DNA of 64,000 nucleotides from Patescibacteria group bacterium. Its GTDB lineage: Bacteria > Patescibacteriota > Minisyncoccia > Moranbacterales > UBA2206. The notes below the pieces were generated by a model. The model worked only from the letters and a program-made list of their open reading frames with translations, made no database searches and was not told where the DNA came from. A program made the translations under genes and the position numbers. Positions 62,077 through 64,000 of the stretch are shown here, one piece after another (within the stretch, counting starts at the first letter, position 1; each line of letters starts with the position of its first letter). The stretch is taken from NCBI GenBank assembly GCA_022709735.1, contig JAKLIG010000001.1, positions 20,135 to 84,134 on the forward strand, written 5' to 3'.

Positions 62077-63984
62077 TTATTTCATCTCAAAACTTTTCAC
62101 CTCATTTTCGTTTGAGAAATAAACCATATTTGAATCTTCATTAATTTCAAAATCAGTTGCTTCGGAGATTTCTGAATTATAAAACTCGGAAATAATATTT
62201 CCGCTTAAATCTAATTTTATGATGCGGGAATTTTTTTTGTCTAAAACATAAAGATTCGGGCTGTTTCTTTTGGTATAAAGCTTATCGGCGAAAATCGGAG
62301 TGGCTGTTTCTTCTATTCTAAATTCTTGCTTTTTGCCCTTTAGAAGGCTTATGACGCCACTATTTTGAACTAAATATATATTCTCGCCAACAGCTATGTC
62401 AGAAATTTCGTTCAAATTTAAATTATCTTTCAGCCAGTTTGTTTTTTCACCAAATCCGCTTCCGGAGCGCGGGTAGCGGTAAATTTGATTGGCATTTTTG
62501 TCCAGAAGATAAAGATAGGTAAGATATGTTTTGGCAAGAGCAAGATTTGTTCCTTCTGGAATTTCTATAGTATTGTCTTGGAATTTTTTGGAAATCGGAC
62601 TCCAGGAAATAATTTTGTTATTTTTATTTATGAAAAAAATCAAATTCAAATCATCCATATTGGAAACTATTTTTAGCGGAGCAAAATCCGCCGGGAAAGA
62701 ATAATCTTTTTGATCTTCCGCGCTAGTCAGGCCATTTTTGTCGACAAAAAACATTTTTCCATTCAGATTAACAATTTTAAAAAGATCGCTCTTGGAAAAA
62801 ACAGATTCTAAATTATCAATCCGAGAAATATTCTTGTCTTGCTCCAAAGGAAGGGAAGTATTGGAAGCTGAATCTTCGGAAACGATGTTGTCCGCATTTT
62901 TTTTGTTTTGAATTTTGACTACAAAATACGGAATGATAAAGATAAGCGCTATGGCTAAAATGGCATAAAGTTTTTGCGAATATTCTAGTTTTACAAAAGT
63001 TTCTTTTATCTTTCCAAATCTTGGTCGAATTTTTTGGAAAAAACTAACTCGATCAGAAGGCACTGCGATTCTCGCTGCAGAAGACGCTTGTTTTTTAGGG
63101 AGAAAAGTTTTCATTCCAAGGATCGTTTTTTTCCCGAGAAAAATAAGGAAAGAAAAAAATACTAAAAGAATTCTTTTAGAAAAATAATAAAAATCCTTGA
63201 TTGCAATGATTGCTTTTTCTTTGTCGATGAGAGGTTTTTGGGGTTCTTCTGGGGAAACCGGAACATTTTCAGGAATATCCTCTGCAATTTCTTTTGTCTC
63301 TTCATTTTTCTCTGGACGAGGCAGAAGAGACAATGTTTTTTTGAATAAAAAACTGAAAAAATTTGTTATTTTCATCCAGCCGGCTTCCAAAATATTTTCC
63401 AAGATATGATTTTTTTCATCGAGAGAATAATCTTCTTTGATATAAATATGCCCGGTTTTCTTATCAATAAATTCATCGGATTCTTTTTTGAGATCCTCTT
63501 GTATTTCTTTGGCTAAAGATTTTTTTTCTTCTGTTCCCATTATTTCTTTCTCTGATTTTTTCGGCGAAGTTTTGGAAAAAGAAGCTTGACTGAAAGCGTT
63601 AAATTCAGTGTCTTTTGGCGCCTCCCAAGAATTTTCTAGCGGTAATTTTTTTTCTTCCATTCTCGCCACAAGCACTGCCGCTTTTTCAAGCTCGTTTCCT
63701 AGGGCAGTTTTCAAAAATTGGATAAATTCAGACGAAGAAAATTTGATGGCGCTTCGTTTTATTTCTTCAAAAGAAAAAATTTCAAAAATAGCTTCCGTGG
63801 CAATGATCAGTGCGTCGTCTTTTTCTATTCTTCCGCTTAGGACATCCACGAAAGTTTTGAATGGGTTTGGATTTTCCGAAATCGGAGCGCCCTCGCTGAT
63901 ATCGGTGAGGGCTTTCCCGCGAAGAAGGAGCGCCTTGGCCGTTCCCGCTTGAGAAAGGTGGATATTATTTTTTTCTATCACCAA
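62077..63984 (-). CDS. Large membrane-spanning hypothetical protein: cytoplasmic N-domain, central TM, C-terminal repeat (beta-propeller-like) domain
   Basis: 635 aa. Central hydrophobic segment YAILAIALIFIIPYFVV. C-terminal repeated motifs (NLYVLDKKNSRIIKLDLSGNII, NIYLVQNSGVISLL). Confidence 0.55.
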   Translation of the reverse strand: MVIEKNNIHLSQAGTAKALLLRGKALTDISEGAPISENPNPFKTFVDVLSGRIEKDDALIIATEAIFEIFSFEEIKRSAIKFSSSEFIQFLKTALGNELEKAAVLVARMEEKKLPLENSWEAPKDTEFNAFSQASFSKTSPKKSEKEIMGTEEKKSLAKEIQEDLKKESDEFIDKKTGHIYIKEDYSLDEKNHILENILEAGWMKITNFFSFLFKKTLSLLPRPEKNEETKEIAEDIPENVPVSPEEPQKPLIDKEKAIIAIKDFYYFSKRILLVFFSFLIFLGKKTILGMKTFLPKKQASSAARIAVPSDRVSFFQKIRPRFGKIKETFVKLEYSQKLYAILAIALIFIIPYFVVKIQNKKNADNIVSEDSASNTSLPLEQDKNISRIDNLESVFSKSDLFKIVNLNGKMFFVDKNGLTSAEDQKDYSFPADFAPLKIVSNMDDLNLIFFINKNNKIISWSPISKKFQDNTIEIPEGTNLALAKTYLTYLYLLDKNANQIYRYPRSGSGFGEKTNWLKDNLNLNEISDIAVGENIYLVQNSGVISLLKGKKQEFRIEETATPIFADKLYTKRNSPNLYVLDKKNSRIIKLDLSGNIISEFYNSEISEATDFEINEDSNMVYFSNENEVKSFEMK

Positions 63985-64000
63985 AAGAATTGCATTTATT

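Overview
Low-GC (about 35%) bacterial chromosomal segment. Gene content and style (type IV pilus/competence genes, GatCA, small hypothetical membrane proteins, rRNA intervening sequences, SEDS/MreB/MurA/FtsQ cell-wall genes) suggest a Patescibacteria/CPR-like organism. That placement is inference. Main blocks: (1) ECF sigma factor, a membrane protein, two tRNA-Ser and a tRNA-Pro. (2) A 12-kb type IV pilus/competence locus: ComFC, PilMNO, PilB, a CheY-like response regulator, PilT, PilC, two major-pilin-like genes, the prepilin peptidase PilD, and four minor pilins including a PilX-like/LamG fusion. (3) LigA, GatC, GatA. (4) A promoter-driven tRNA cluster (Met, a nested CAT tRNA pair, Asp) preceded by a small GIY-YIG gene. 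(5) GyrB. (6) A surface-protein island: WxL-like/DUF916-like secreted proteins, a 725-aa tail-fiber-like protein, a 754-aa GNAT+DNRLRE fusion, and an O-antigen-ligase/TPR fusion. (7) A 23S-5S rRNA operon with its own consensus promoter and no 16S in the window. (8) FtsW/RodA, L25, an MltB-like transglycosylase, MurA, an NDT-like/MazG pair, MreB, two GT4 glycosyltransferases, an HD protein, HolB, FtsQ, and two convergent GT39 (ArnT/PMT-like) glycosyltransferases. (9) A VirD4/TraG-like membrane ATPase, a Pur-alpha-like protein and a large membrane/beta-propeller-like protein. The most unusual signals are not protein-coding. First, a CAT-anticodon tRNA whose D-loop carries a complete initiator-like tRNA flanked by a perfect 17-bp inverted repeat. 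Second, degenerate 5'-half tRNA copies plus GC-rich palindromes immediately upstream of three tRNA loci. Third, a perfect 20-bp palindrome (cctgcctgccggcaggcagg) found in a tRNA pseudo-copy, in-frame inside a glycosyltransferase gene and next to tRNA-Ser. Fourth, a dispersed TTCAAT/ATTGAAA mini-repeat family that sits in-frame in ligA and a GT4 gene, in 23S helix 9, in intergenic hairpins, and as inverted arms around a four-helix-bundle (23S-IVS-type) gene. No CRISPR array was seen.
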